Below are positions 10,058 through 17,681 of a stretch of 64,000 bases of DNA, piece by piece. Made by a program: the position numbers and the translations under genes. Source of the DNA: an uncultured Actinomycetes bacterium. Lineage in GTDB: Bacteria > Actinomycetota > UBA4738 > HRBIN12. Numbering within the stretch: the stretch's first letter is position 1; the number at the start of each line of letters is the position of its first letter. The notes under the pieces are model-generated. The model saw only the letters and a program-made list of their open reading frames with translations, was not told the DNA's origin and did not search any database. The stretch covers positions 160,001 through 224,000 of the forward strand of contig OY969934.1 of NCBI GenBank assembly GCA_963704725.1. The letters run 5' to 3'.

Positions 10058-10279
10058 TCAGGGGCTGAGCGGCTCGGCGGACGGCAACCCCCAGCGGCGG
10101 CGGCCGCACGGGTGAGATTCCGCCCAGGCCCGGATCTCGGGGCCGCTCCACGCGGCCTCCCGGAAGCCGATGACGACCGGCCTGGGGAAGTCCTGGCGAT
10201 CACGCAGCTGATGGACGCGCTGAGGGGTGACGCCCAGGTACTCGGCAACCTGCCTGATCGAGAGGTCGTGCGGATCCAT
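10058..10279 (-). CDS. AlpA/excisionase-like helix-turn-helix protein
   Basis: LSIRQVAEYLGVTPQRVHQL...DFPRPV..G.REAAW...EI.AW. Confidence 0.7.
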   Translation of the reverse strand: MDPHDLSIRQVAEYLGVTPQRVHQLRDRQDFPRPVVIGFREAAWSGPEIRAWAESHPCGRRRWGLPSAEPLSP

Positions 10280-10431
10280 GCGGTCGACTCCACGGGTTCG
10301 CGGGCGCGTGGGCCGAAGCATGCGACGGCGGCCCGCGGCGGTCGCGGGTCGACCGGCCCCCCGAGACCGGGCACGGCGGACCGTAACGCCGGCGTAACCA
10401 CGACGGCCTCGCGGATTCGCAGACTGAGCGC

Positions 10432-10959
10432 ATGAGCGTCACCGACGCCGTCGTCACGGCCGCGACCGCCGCCGATCTCGGCGGGATCAACGAGATCTAC
10501 AACCACTACGTCGAGGCCACCGCCGTCACGTTCGACGTGGAGCCGAAGTCGATGGCGTGGCGGCGGGAGTGGTTCGGCCAGTTCGGGGAGCGTGGGCACC
10601 ACCGGCTCCTCGTCGCCCGGAGCGACGGCGCGGTCCTCGGCTACGCCTGCAGCCACACCTTCCGGCCGAGGGCGGCCTACGGGTCGTCGGTCGAGACGAG
10701 CGTCTACCTCTCGGCCGACCACCTCGGACAGGGGATCGGGTCGGCGCTCTACGCCGCGCTGCTCGGCGAGCTCGACCGGGAGGACGTCCACCGCGCGTAC
10801 GGCGGCATCGCGATGCCGAACCCCGGGTCGGTACGGCTGCACGAGCGGTTCGGGTTCCGTCGCGTCGGCTACTTCTCCGAGCAGGGGAGGAAGTTCGACC
10901 GGTACTGGGACGTGGCCTGGTACGAGCTCCGGTTCCCCCGGCACTTACCTGCGTCTTGA
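10432..10959 (+). CDS. GNAT N-acetyltransferase (phosphinothricin acetyltransferase-like)
   Basis: IYNHYV, VETSVY, GQGIG, NPGSVRLHERFGF, GRKFDRYWDV. Confidence 0.9.
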   Translation: MSVTDAVVTAATAADLGGINEIYNHYVEATAVTFDVEPKSMAWRREWFGQFGERGHHRLLVARSDGAVLGYACSHTFRPRAAYGSSVETSVYLSADHLGQGIGSALYAALLGELDREDVHRAYGGIAMPNPGSVRLHERFGFRRVGYFSEQGRKFDRYWDVAWYELRFPRHLPAS

Positions 10960-11016
10960 GCGCGGCGCCCGTCCTGAGTGGACGTTCGCTATGCCGAACG
11001 TGGAGCATCACGGGAT

Positions 11017-12405
11017 GTGACCTCGCTCCTCGCCATCTCGAACCTCGAGGCGGGGCGGGCCCAGATGGCGGTCTCGCTCGGCTTCCACATCGTGTTCGCG
11101 GGTCTCGGCGTAGGGCTGCCCGTCCTGCTCCTCGTCGCCGAGTACCGCGCGAACCGCACCGGGGACCACGTCTGGATGGCGCTCGCGCGACGGTGGGCCA
11201 AGGGGTTCGGGATCCTGTTCGCGGTCGGCGCCGTGAGCGGCACGGTGCTGTCGTTCTCGCTCGGCCTGTTCTGGCCGGGGCTGATGGGCCGGTGGGGCGG
11301 CGTGATCGGCCTGCCGTTCGCGCTCGAGGCCTTCGCGTTCTTCTTCGAGGCGATCTTCCTCGGCATCTACCTCTACGGGTGGGATCGGCTCTCGCCGTGG
11401 GCGCACTGGTGGTCGGGCGTACCGGTGGCGGTCTCGGGCGCAGCGAGCGCGTGGTTCGTCGTCACGGCGAACGCGTGGATGCAGACGCCCGCCGGATTCC
11501 GGCTTCAGGACGGCACGCTCGTCGACGTCGATCCGATCGGGGCGATGCTGAACTCGTCGACGCCGGTGATGACCACCCACATGATGCTGGCCGCCTACAT
11601 GGCGACGGGGCTCTCCGTGGCCGCGGTCTACGCGTTCGCGATGCTGCGGGGCCGGCGCGACGCCTACCATCGCCGCGGACTGGCCCTCGGGCTGACGATC
11701 GGCCTGGCGCTCGCCCCGGTGCAGGTCGTGGTGGGAGACTGGGCGGCCCGCCACGTGGCCGAAACCCAGCCGGTCAAGCTCGCCGCGCTCGAGGGACAGT
11801 GGGTGACGCGGGCGAACGCGCCGCTGCGCATCGGCGGGATCCCGCTCCCCGGTCGCGAGGAGACGGTCTTCGCCATCGAGATCCCGAGCGGGCTGTCGTG
11901 GCTCGCGTACGGAGATCCGAACGCGGTGGTCCGCGGTCTGAAGGACGTGCCCGAGCAGGACCGGCCGAACACGCTCCTCGTACACCTCGCCTTCCAGGCC
12001 ATGGTCGGGATCGGGTTCGGTCTGCTCGCGCTGGGAGCGTGGGCCCTCGCCGCCCGGCTGCGACGCGGCCGGCTCCCCGAGGGACGGTGGTTCCTGCGGG
12101 CCGCCCTCGTCGCCGGGCCGGCCGCGTTCGTCGCGATCGAGGCGGGCTGGATCGTGACCGAGGTCGGGCGGCAACCGTGGATCGTGCAGAGCCTCCTGCG
12201 GACGGCCGATGCCGTCACGACCAGGCCGGGTATCGCGTGGCACCTGAGCGCGACGATCCTGATCTACACGCTGCTCGGTACGGCCTGCGCCGTGCTCCTG
12301 GTGCGCCTGGCGCGGAGTCCGCGCGAGGGCCCGCAGGCGCAGGGTGGTGACCCCACCGGCTCGGCCTCGGGGGCCGAGGCGCCGCTCCCCGCCGACGTCC
12401 GATGA
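11017..12405 (+). CDS. cydA: cytochrome bd ubiquinol oxidase subunit I (short Q-loop)
   Basis: FHIVF, GAVSG, ANAWMQTP, QPVKLAALE, EVGRQPW; start uncertain (10978 or 11017). Confidence 0.95.
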   Translation: MTSLLAISNLEAGRAQMAVSLGFHIVFAGLGVGLPVLLLVAEYRANRTGDHVWMALARRWAKGFGILFAVGAVSGTVLSFSLGLFWPGLMGRWGGVIGLPFALEAFAFFFEAIFLGIYLYGWDRLSPWAHWWSGVPVAVSGAASAWFVVTANAWMQTPAGFRLQDGTLVDVDPIGAMLNSSTPVMTTHMMLAAYMATGLSVAAVYAFAMLRGRRDAYHRRGLALGLTIGLALAPVQVVVGDWAARHVAETQPVKLAALEGQWVTRANAPLRIGGIPLPGREETVFAIEIPSGLSWLAYGDPNAVVRGLKDVPEQDRPNTLLVHLAFQAMVGIGFGLLALGAWALAARLRRGRLPEGRWFLRAALVAGPAAFVAIEAGWIVTEVGRQPWIVQSLLRTADAVTTRPGIAWHLSATILIYTLLGTACAVLLVRLARSPREGPQAQGGDPTGSASGAEAPLPADVR

Positions 12406-13415
12406 GCGCCGAGCTGTACGTCCTCGGCATCCTGTGGATGGGTGCGACGCTGTATCTCCTGCTGGGCGGGGCCGATTTCGGCGGCGGCGTGTGGGACCTG
12501 GTCGCATCGGGCCCCCGCCGGGACCGCCAGCGGGCGCTGATCTCGGCCGCGATCGCGCCGGTCTGGGAGGCGAACCACGTCTGGCTGATCTTCGTGCTCA
12601 CCGGTCTCCTGGCCGCGTTCCCGGCCGTCTTCGCCGACCTGTCCGTCGCGCTGTACGTGCCGTTCAGCCTCGTGCTCCTCGGCATCGTGTTCCGGGGCGC
12701 CGCGTTCGCCTTCCGGGCCCACGGCGGGCGTAACTCGCCGTGGGTTCGCACGTGGACGCGGGTGTTCGGCATCGCGTCCCTTGTCTCGCCGTTCCTGCTG
12801 GGCGCCTCGGCCGCGTCGATCGCCGGCGGGCGGATCCGCGTGGTGGACGGCGACGTGCGGGCCGGACTGGTGTCCGCGTGGACGGCGCCGCTCTCGATGT
12901 TCGCCGGCCTGTTCGCCGTCGCGATCTGCGCGTACCTCGCGGCCACCTACCTGATCGTGGAGGCCACCGCGCGGGGCGATGCGGAGCTCGAGCGCGACTT
13001 CCGGGCGCGGGCCATCGGCGCCGGCGTCGTGGCCGGGCTCCTCGCCGCGGCCGGGCTGGTGGTCGTGCGCTCCCAGGCGCCCGTCCTGTGGGACGGGATG
13101 ATCGAGCGGGGGCTCCCGTTCGTCGTGCTCTCGGCGGCGGGCGGCGTGGTCTCGATCGGCGCCATCGCAGCACGACGCTCCGGCTGGGCGCGCGCCGCAG
13201 CCGCCGTCGCCGTGGGGTCCGTGCTGTGGGCGTGGGGAGCGGCGCAGTGGCCGTACCTCGTCGTGCCCGACGTCACGGCCGAGGCCTCCGCCGCCCCGGC
13301 CGACACGGTCCGGATCGTGGCGATCGGGTTCACGGTGGGCGGCCTGCTCCTGCTTCCTTCGCTGCTACTGCTGTTCCGGCTGTTCAAGGCGTCGACGGCC
13401 GGACCGGCGCACTGA
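12402..13415 (+). CDS. cydB: cytochrome bd ubiquinol oxidase subunit II
   Basis: GGADFGGG, APVWEANHVWL, FRGAAFAFR; ATGA overlap with cydA. Confidence 0.93.
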   Translation: MSAELYVLGILWMGATLYLLLGGADFGGGVWDLVASGPRRDRQRALISAAIAPVWEANHVWLIFVLTGLLAAFPAVFADLSVALYVPFSLVLLGIVFRGAAFAFRAHGGRNSPWVRTWTRVFGIASLVSPFLLGASAASIAGGRIRVVDGDVRAGLVSAWTAPLSMFAGLFAVAICAYLAATYLIVEATARGDAELERDFRARAIGAGVVAGLLAAAGLVVVRSQAPVLWDGMIERGLPFVVLSAAGGVVSIGAIAARRSGWARAAAAVAVGSVLWAWGAAQWPYLVVPDVTAEASAAPADTVRIVAIGFTVGGLLLLPSLLLLFRLFKASTAGPAH

Positions 13416-13460
13416 CCGGTCGTTGCTGGTCTCGGCCTCACCGGTCAGACTTCGAGGGAG

Positions 13461-15767
13461 ATGAGCGGTCGCCGCCGGGACGTCGGAAGGTCGAGCCGTC
13501 TCGTGTGGGGTGGTGTCGGGATCCTGCTGGTACTCATGCTCGGCGGGTCCTTCCTCATGGCCGGGCAGGCGCGAGACCAGGCCGAGGCCGATGCCCAGGT
13601 GCGCGCCGAGCAGTACGTGGCCTCGGAGCTGATCCCGGACGTCACGCCCGAGCTCGTCGCGCGCGACATCCTCGGGTCCGCCTACCGGACCCTGCTGCCG
13701 CTGGTGCAGGCCGGCTTCACGGACACGGACATCGTCCGGGTGCGGATGTGGAAGGCGGGGGGCGACCTGATCTTCTCCACCGCGGCGCGCGATGACGTCG
13801 AGGAGTACGTCGCGACGAACGACCCGCAGATCCGGCTCGCGGCGCAGGGTCAGACGGTGAGCATCGTCGTCGACACGAGCCCGCCGCCGGCGGGTCTGGA
13901 GGGCTCCGACGAGACCCTCTACGCGACCTACGTCCCACTGCGCTTCGCGAACGACCCCGACTCCTCGGGGGTCGCCGAGATCGACCAGCGCTACGCGTCG
14001 ATCGGCCAGGAGGCGAACCGCATCTGGCGCCCGGTGCAGCTCGGGCTGGTGATCGCGCTCGTCGGCCTCGGGGTCCTGTTCGCGGTGTCGCAGCGGTCGT
14101 CCAGGGCGTCGAGGTCGCGCGACGCCCGGTGGGGCCCGAAGCCGCCGCGGGTGTCCCGGGACGAACGGACCCTGAAGGACGCGGAGGATCGGGCCTTCGC
14201 CGCCGAGCGCGCCGCCCGGGACGCCGAGGCCCGTCTCGCCGAGTCCGAACGCCGGCTGGAGGAGCTGACGAAGGCCGACCTGCCGCCCGAGGCGCGCGCC
14301 AAGCTCGAGGAGGCCGAGCTGAAGCTCCGCGCCGAGCGGGCCGAGCGCGAACAGCTCGCCGCCGAGGCCAAGCGTCTTCGAACAGCCCTGTCCGAGAAGG
14401 AGGCGGAGCTCGCGCTCGCCCGGGACGGGACCGCCTCGACGGAGGTCGAGCGCGCGCGCTCGATCGACGCGGTGGCGCGGGCGGAGCGCCAGGCCGCGGA
14501 CGCCGAGCAGCGGGCGGCCGCCGTCGGGACCCTCGCCGCCGCGGCCGAGGGACGCGCCACCGACGCGGAGACGAAGGTCCGCCGGCTCGAGGCCCAGCTC
14601 GTCGAGGCGGAACGCCGGATCACGGACGCGGTCGCCGAGGCCGAGCGGGCGAGCCTCAAGGCGCGCGCGGACGAGGACGCGAGGTCGGCGACCGAGCTGC
14701 GGACGGCGCACCTCCAGGTCAGCGAGCTGCAGCTCGCGCTGGCCGAGGCGCAGTCCGAGCTCAAGGACTCGCAGACCCGGCTCGCCGCGGTGGAGGGCGC
14801 CGCCGCCGAGCTGGAGCGCCTCCGCGCCGGGGCCGAGGCGGCCCGGTCGGAAGCGGAGGCGACGAAGCTGGAGCTGCAGCGGTCCCGCCTCGAGCTCGAC
14901 ACGGTCAGGGACGAGGCCGAGACCTCGACCATCGAGCTCACGACCGCAGGCGCCGAGCTGGCCACGGCCCGGACGGAGCTCGAGCAGCGGTTGGAGGATC
15001 TCGAGCACGCGCAGGCCGAGCTGGGGCGCAGGGGCGAGGAGACCGAGCTCGTTCGGGCGGAGCTCGAGCAGGCCCGGGCCGAGGTCGCGCAGGCGCGGGC
15101 GGATCACGAGCGGGAGCTCGCCGAGCTCCGGTCGGGCGAGGAGCAGCAGCTGCACCTGGCGGAACGTTCGCGATGGCAAGCCGAGCTCGAGCGGTCGAGC
15201 GCGGAGCTCACCGAGGCCCGCGCCGAGATCGAGCGCCGGAGCGCCGAGCTCGCCGCCTCCAAGACAGATCTCGCCCAGACGAGCGAGGCCCTCGAGCGCG
15301 CGCGCGCCGAGCTCGCGCAGGCCCGCGCCGCCGACCGCCCGGTCGCGGCCGCCGAGTCCGGGGACGGGGCCGAGCTCGTCGCCCGGCTGGAGCAGCTGGA
15401 GTCGCAGCGGCGGGGCGAGATCGTGGAGCTCCATCGTGCTCAGGAGACCCTCGCGAACACCCAGGTCGAGCTGATGGACGCCAACCGCAAGCTGCGATCG
15501 GCGGAGGAGCGGGTCCGCGCGCTGGAGGGCGCGAGCCGGGCCGCGCCGGCCGAGCCGGCACAGGAGCCGGCCCCGACCCCGGCCGAGCCGGCCCCCGAGC
15601 GGAGGCCGCGCGAACGGGTTCGGCCGCCGACCCCGGCGCCGGAGTCAGCTCCGGACGAAGAGGAGGCGGTGCAGGAGGAGGGCCCTCCGGAGGAGCCGCT
15701 CTCGCTCCGCGAGCGGCTGGCCCGTGCTGCGGCCGCCCGTCACCGCACCACGCAACCGCCGGAGTGA
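13461..15767 (+). CDS. two-TM protein with an extracytoplasmic Cache-like domain and a long cytoplasmic coiled coil
   Basis: TM near residues 14-33 and 192-209; IVRVRMW...LIFST and YVPL..GVAEI resemble PDC/Cache loops; about 450 aa of A/E/R/L heptads; Pro-rich tail. Confidence 0.75.
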   Translation: MSGRRRDVGRSSRLVWGGVGILLVLMLGGSFLMAGQARDQAEADAQVRAEQYVASELIPDVTPELVARDILGSAYRTLLPLVQAGFTDTDIVRVRMWKAGGDLIFSTAARDDVEEYVATNDPQIRLAAQGQTVSIVVDTSPPPAGLEGSDETLYATYVPLRFANDPDSSGVAEIDQRYASIGQEANRIWRPVQLGLVIALVGLGVLFAVSQRSSRASRSRDARWGPKPPRVSRDERTLKDAEDRAFAAERAARDAEARLAESERRLEELTKADLPPEARAKLEEAELKLRAERAEREQLAAEAKRLRTALSEKEAELALARDGTASTEVERARSIDAVARAERQAADAEQRAAAVGTLAAAAEGRATDAETKVRRLEAQLVEAERRITDAVAEAERASLKARADEDARSATELRTAHLQVSELQLALAEAQSELKDSQTRLAAVEGAAAELERLRAGAEAARSEAEATKLELQRSRLELDTVRDEAETSTIELTTAGAELATARTELEQRLEDLEHAQAELGRRGEETELVRAELEQARAEVAQARADHERELAELRSGEEQQLHLAERSRWQAELERSSAELTEARAEIERRSAELAASKTDLAQTSEALERARAELAQARAADRPVAAAESGDGAELVARLEQLESQRRGEIVELHRAQETLANTQVELMDANRKLRSAEERVRALEGASRAAPAEPAQEPAPTPAEPAPERRPRERVRPPTPAPESAPDEEEAVQEEGPPEEPLSLRERLARAAAARHRTTQPPE

Positions 15768-16354
15768 GGCGCGGCCCCCCGCCGCGCCGGCCGGAGCAGG
15801 TCGACCGCGTAGACGTCCAGGAGCGCGCGTTCCACCGGGGCGGCCTCGAGCGGCCGGCCCACGGGATAGCCGGAGCGCCGTGCCAGCTCCAGGTGCGGCG
15901 TGCAGAACGGCAGGAGGCGCCCCCCGCGCCGGCGGACGACCGCCTCGGGCGCCTGCGGCGACGCCGTCCCCCACTGCCAGAAGCACAGGGGGCAGATCAG
16001 CCCGAGCCGCTGGGGGTACCCGTGCTCGGCCCGGTAGCCGAGCTCGTGCTCGACGACCCGGCCCCACAGGGCGACCGTGCCGAGGACCGCCGGGTCGCGC
16101 GTCCGCCGAAGGGGATCCGGCTCGTGGGTGGCGTGGATCCCGCACGTGCAGTCGATCCCCGGGGCGAGGTGTCGCCGATGCCGGGCGCACTCGGCTCGGA
16201 CGGGCAGGCGCGGCGGCCAGGGGTGGCCCGTACCGGCGATCGGCAGGAGCCGGACCTGCGTGCCGTCTCGCGAGCCGCGCAGCGTCCACGTCCGCCAGGC
16301 GTCGATGGGATCCGACAGCGCCGTGCCGACCGGCGCGATCTCGGCGCCGGGCAT
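15740..16354 (-). CDS. Cys/His-rich hypothetical protein (CxCGxHA family)
   Basis: AWRTW, C-x5-H...CTCGIHA, VLGTVALWGRVVEHELGYRA, CPLC...CTPH. Confidence 0.75.
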   Translation of the reverse strand: MPGAEIAPVGTALSDPIDAWRTWTLRGSRDGTQVRLLPIAGTGHPWPPRLPVRAECARHRRHLAPGIDCTCGIHATHEPDPLRRTRDPAVLGTVALWGRVVEHELGYRAEHGYPQRLGLICPLCFWQWGTASPQAPEAVVRRRGGRLLPFCTPHLELARRSGYPVGRPLEAAPVERALLDVYAVDLLRPARRGAAPHSGGCVVR

Positions 16355-16357
16355 CCC

Positions 16358-16477
16358 CTACGTGGCCGGCTCGGCGGGCTGGGGCTCCTGCACCGGCTCG
16401 GCGTCCGGGAGTTCCTCGGGGATCGGGAGCGTCACGGGGTCCACCTCGATCACCCGCTTCAGAGGTCCGATGTCCAC
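16358..16477 (-). CDS. 39-aa Pro/Glu-rich peptide (MDIGPLKRVIEVDPVTLPIPEELPDAEPVQEPQPAEPAT)
   Basis: GAGGAGGG SD before GTG 16477; stop 3 nt before the next ATG (16354). Confidence 0.65.
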   Translation of the reverse strand: MDIGPLKRVIEVDPVTLPIPEELPDAEPVQEPQPAEPAT

Positions 16478-16560
16478 GCGTCCCTCCTCGCGAGGATGTG
16501 TTCCGTACCTCCGAGGGTACCCCGACGAGCGCGAAGCATGCCAGGGAGGGACCGGGGCCC

Positions 16561-17634
16561 TCAGCCTCGCACGAGCTTGTAGATCCCTCCGAAGTCGCTG
16601 AAGAAGATCCGGCCGTTGGGCGCGACCTCGAAGGACAGGGTGCCGCCGCCGTGGTCCATGACCACGCTCCGCCGGACGATGCCCGTCCGCCGGGGGTTGA
16701 ACAGGAGTCGCGTGACGTCGCCGTTGTTGACGGCGCCGTGGAACGCCGCGCCCTCGCTCGGCGCGCCGAGGTGGCACCCGTGGCAGAACACGATCCCGGT
16801 GATGCCGATGACGGACCGGTAGAAGAGCCTGGGCCGGATGGGATGCGGGCCGTCCTGGTTCGTGTTGGCGGGCGACGATCCCCCGCAGGTCTCCGACGGC
16901 CCCCAGCCGTAGTTGCCTCCGCGCCGGATCCGGTTCACCTCGTCGTTGCACTGGGGCCCGTTCTCGGTCTCCCACAACGCGCCGGTCTCGGGGTCGAAGG
17001 CGAAGCCGAACGAGTTGCGGATCCCATACGCCCAGATGCGGTCGCCGAACGGGTTGGAATCCGGGACACCGCCGTCGGGGTCGATGCGGATGATCTTGCC
17101 CCGGTCGTTGTTCGAGAGGTCCTGGGCGTTCGAGGGGTCGTGCCCCTCGCCCACGATCGCGTAGAGCATGCCGTCGGGCCCGAACGCGATCCGTCCGCCG
17201 TTGTGGTACGGGCTCGAGCTCGCCGGCGCCGAGAAGAGCACGTTCTGCCCGGTCCCGCTCCCGCCGTCATCCCGGAACCGCAGGATCTCGTTGCGGAGCT
17301 CGCCTCCGTCCGTCCGGGTGGCGTAGACGTACACGAACGGCTGATCGGGATAGTCGGGGTGCAGCGCGATCCCGAGCATCCCTCTCTCACCCTGGTCGTT
17401 CACGCCGCCCACCGTGACGAACAGATCGTCCCGCCCCGTGTCGAGGTCGACCACCCGGACCTGGCCCGAGCTCTTCTCGACGTACCAGACCCGGTTCCCC
17501 GGACCGAAGGTGAACGCCACGGGCTCGTCGAGCCCGCCCACCACCCGGGTCGCGTGGATCGCGGAGGCCGCCGGGGCCGCCCACAGGACGAAGGCCGCCG
17601 CCGCGCACAGGACGATCCCCAGCCGTCCCCTCAT
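16561..17634 (-). CDS. PQQ-dependent sugar dehydrogenase (GSDH/YliI family), secreted
   Basis: Signal peptide; GERGMLGIALHP, HNGGRIAFGPDG, YGIRN, ENGP..NDEVN, GGNYGW. Confidence 0.9.
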   Translation of the reverse strand: MRGRLGIVLCAAAAFVLWAAPAASAIHATRVVGGLDEPVAFTFGPGNRVWYVEKSSGQVRVVDLDTGRDDLFVTVGGVNDQGERGMLGIALHPDYPDQPFVYVYATRTDGGELRNEILRFRDDGGSGTGQNVLFSAPASSSPYHNGGRIAFGPDGMLYAIVGEGHDPSNAQDLSNNDRGKIIRIDPDGGVPDSNPFGDRIWAYGIRNSFGFAFDPETGALWETENGPQCNDEVNRIRRGGNYGWGPSETCGGSSPANTNQDGPHPIRPRLFYRSVIGITGIVFCHGCHLGAPSEGAAFHGAVNNGDVTRLLFNPRRTGIVRRSVVMDHGGGTLSFEVAPNGRIFFSDFGGIYKLVRG

Positions 17635-17681
17635 CCGTCGCTCCTCGTCTCGCCCATGGTCCGGTTACGATCCCGCCACCC

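Noticed and set aside
10058-10279. Prophage marked by an AlpA/Xis-like gene
   Set aside because: No integrase, replication or structural genes nearby
14100-15540. SMC or phage tape-measure protein
   Set aside because: No Walker motifs or hinge domain, and no phage context
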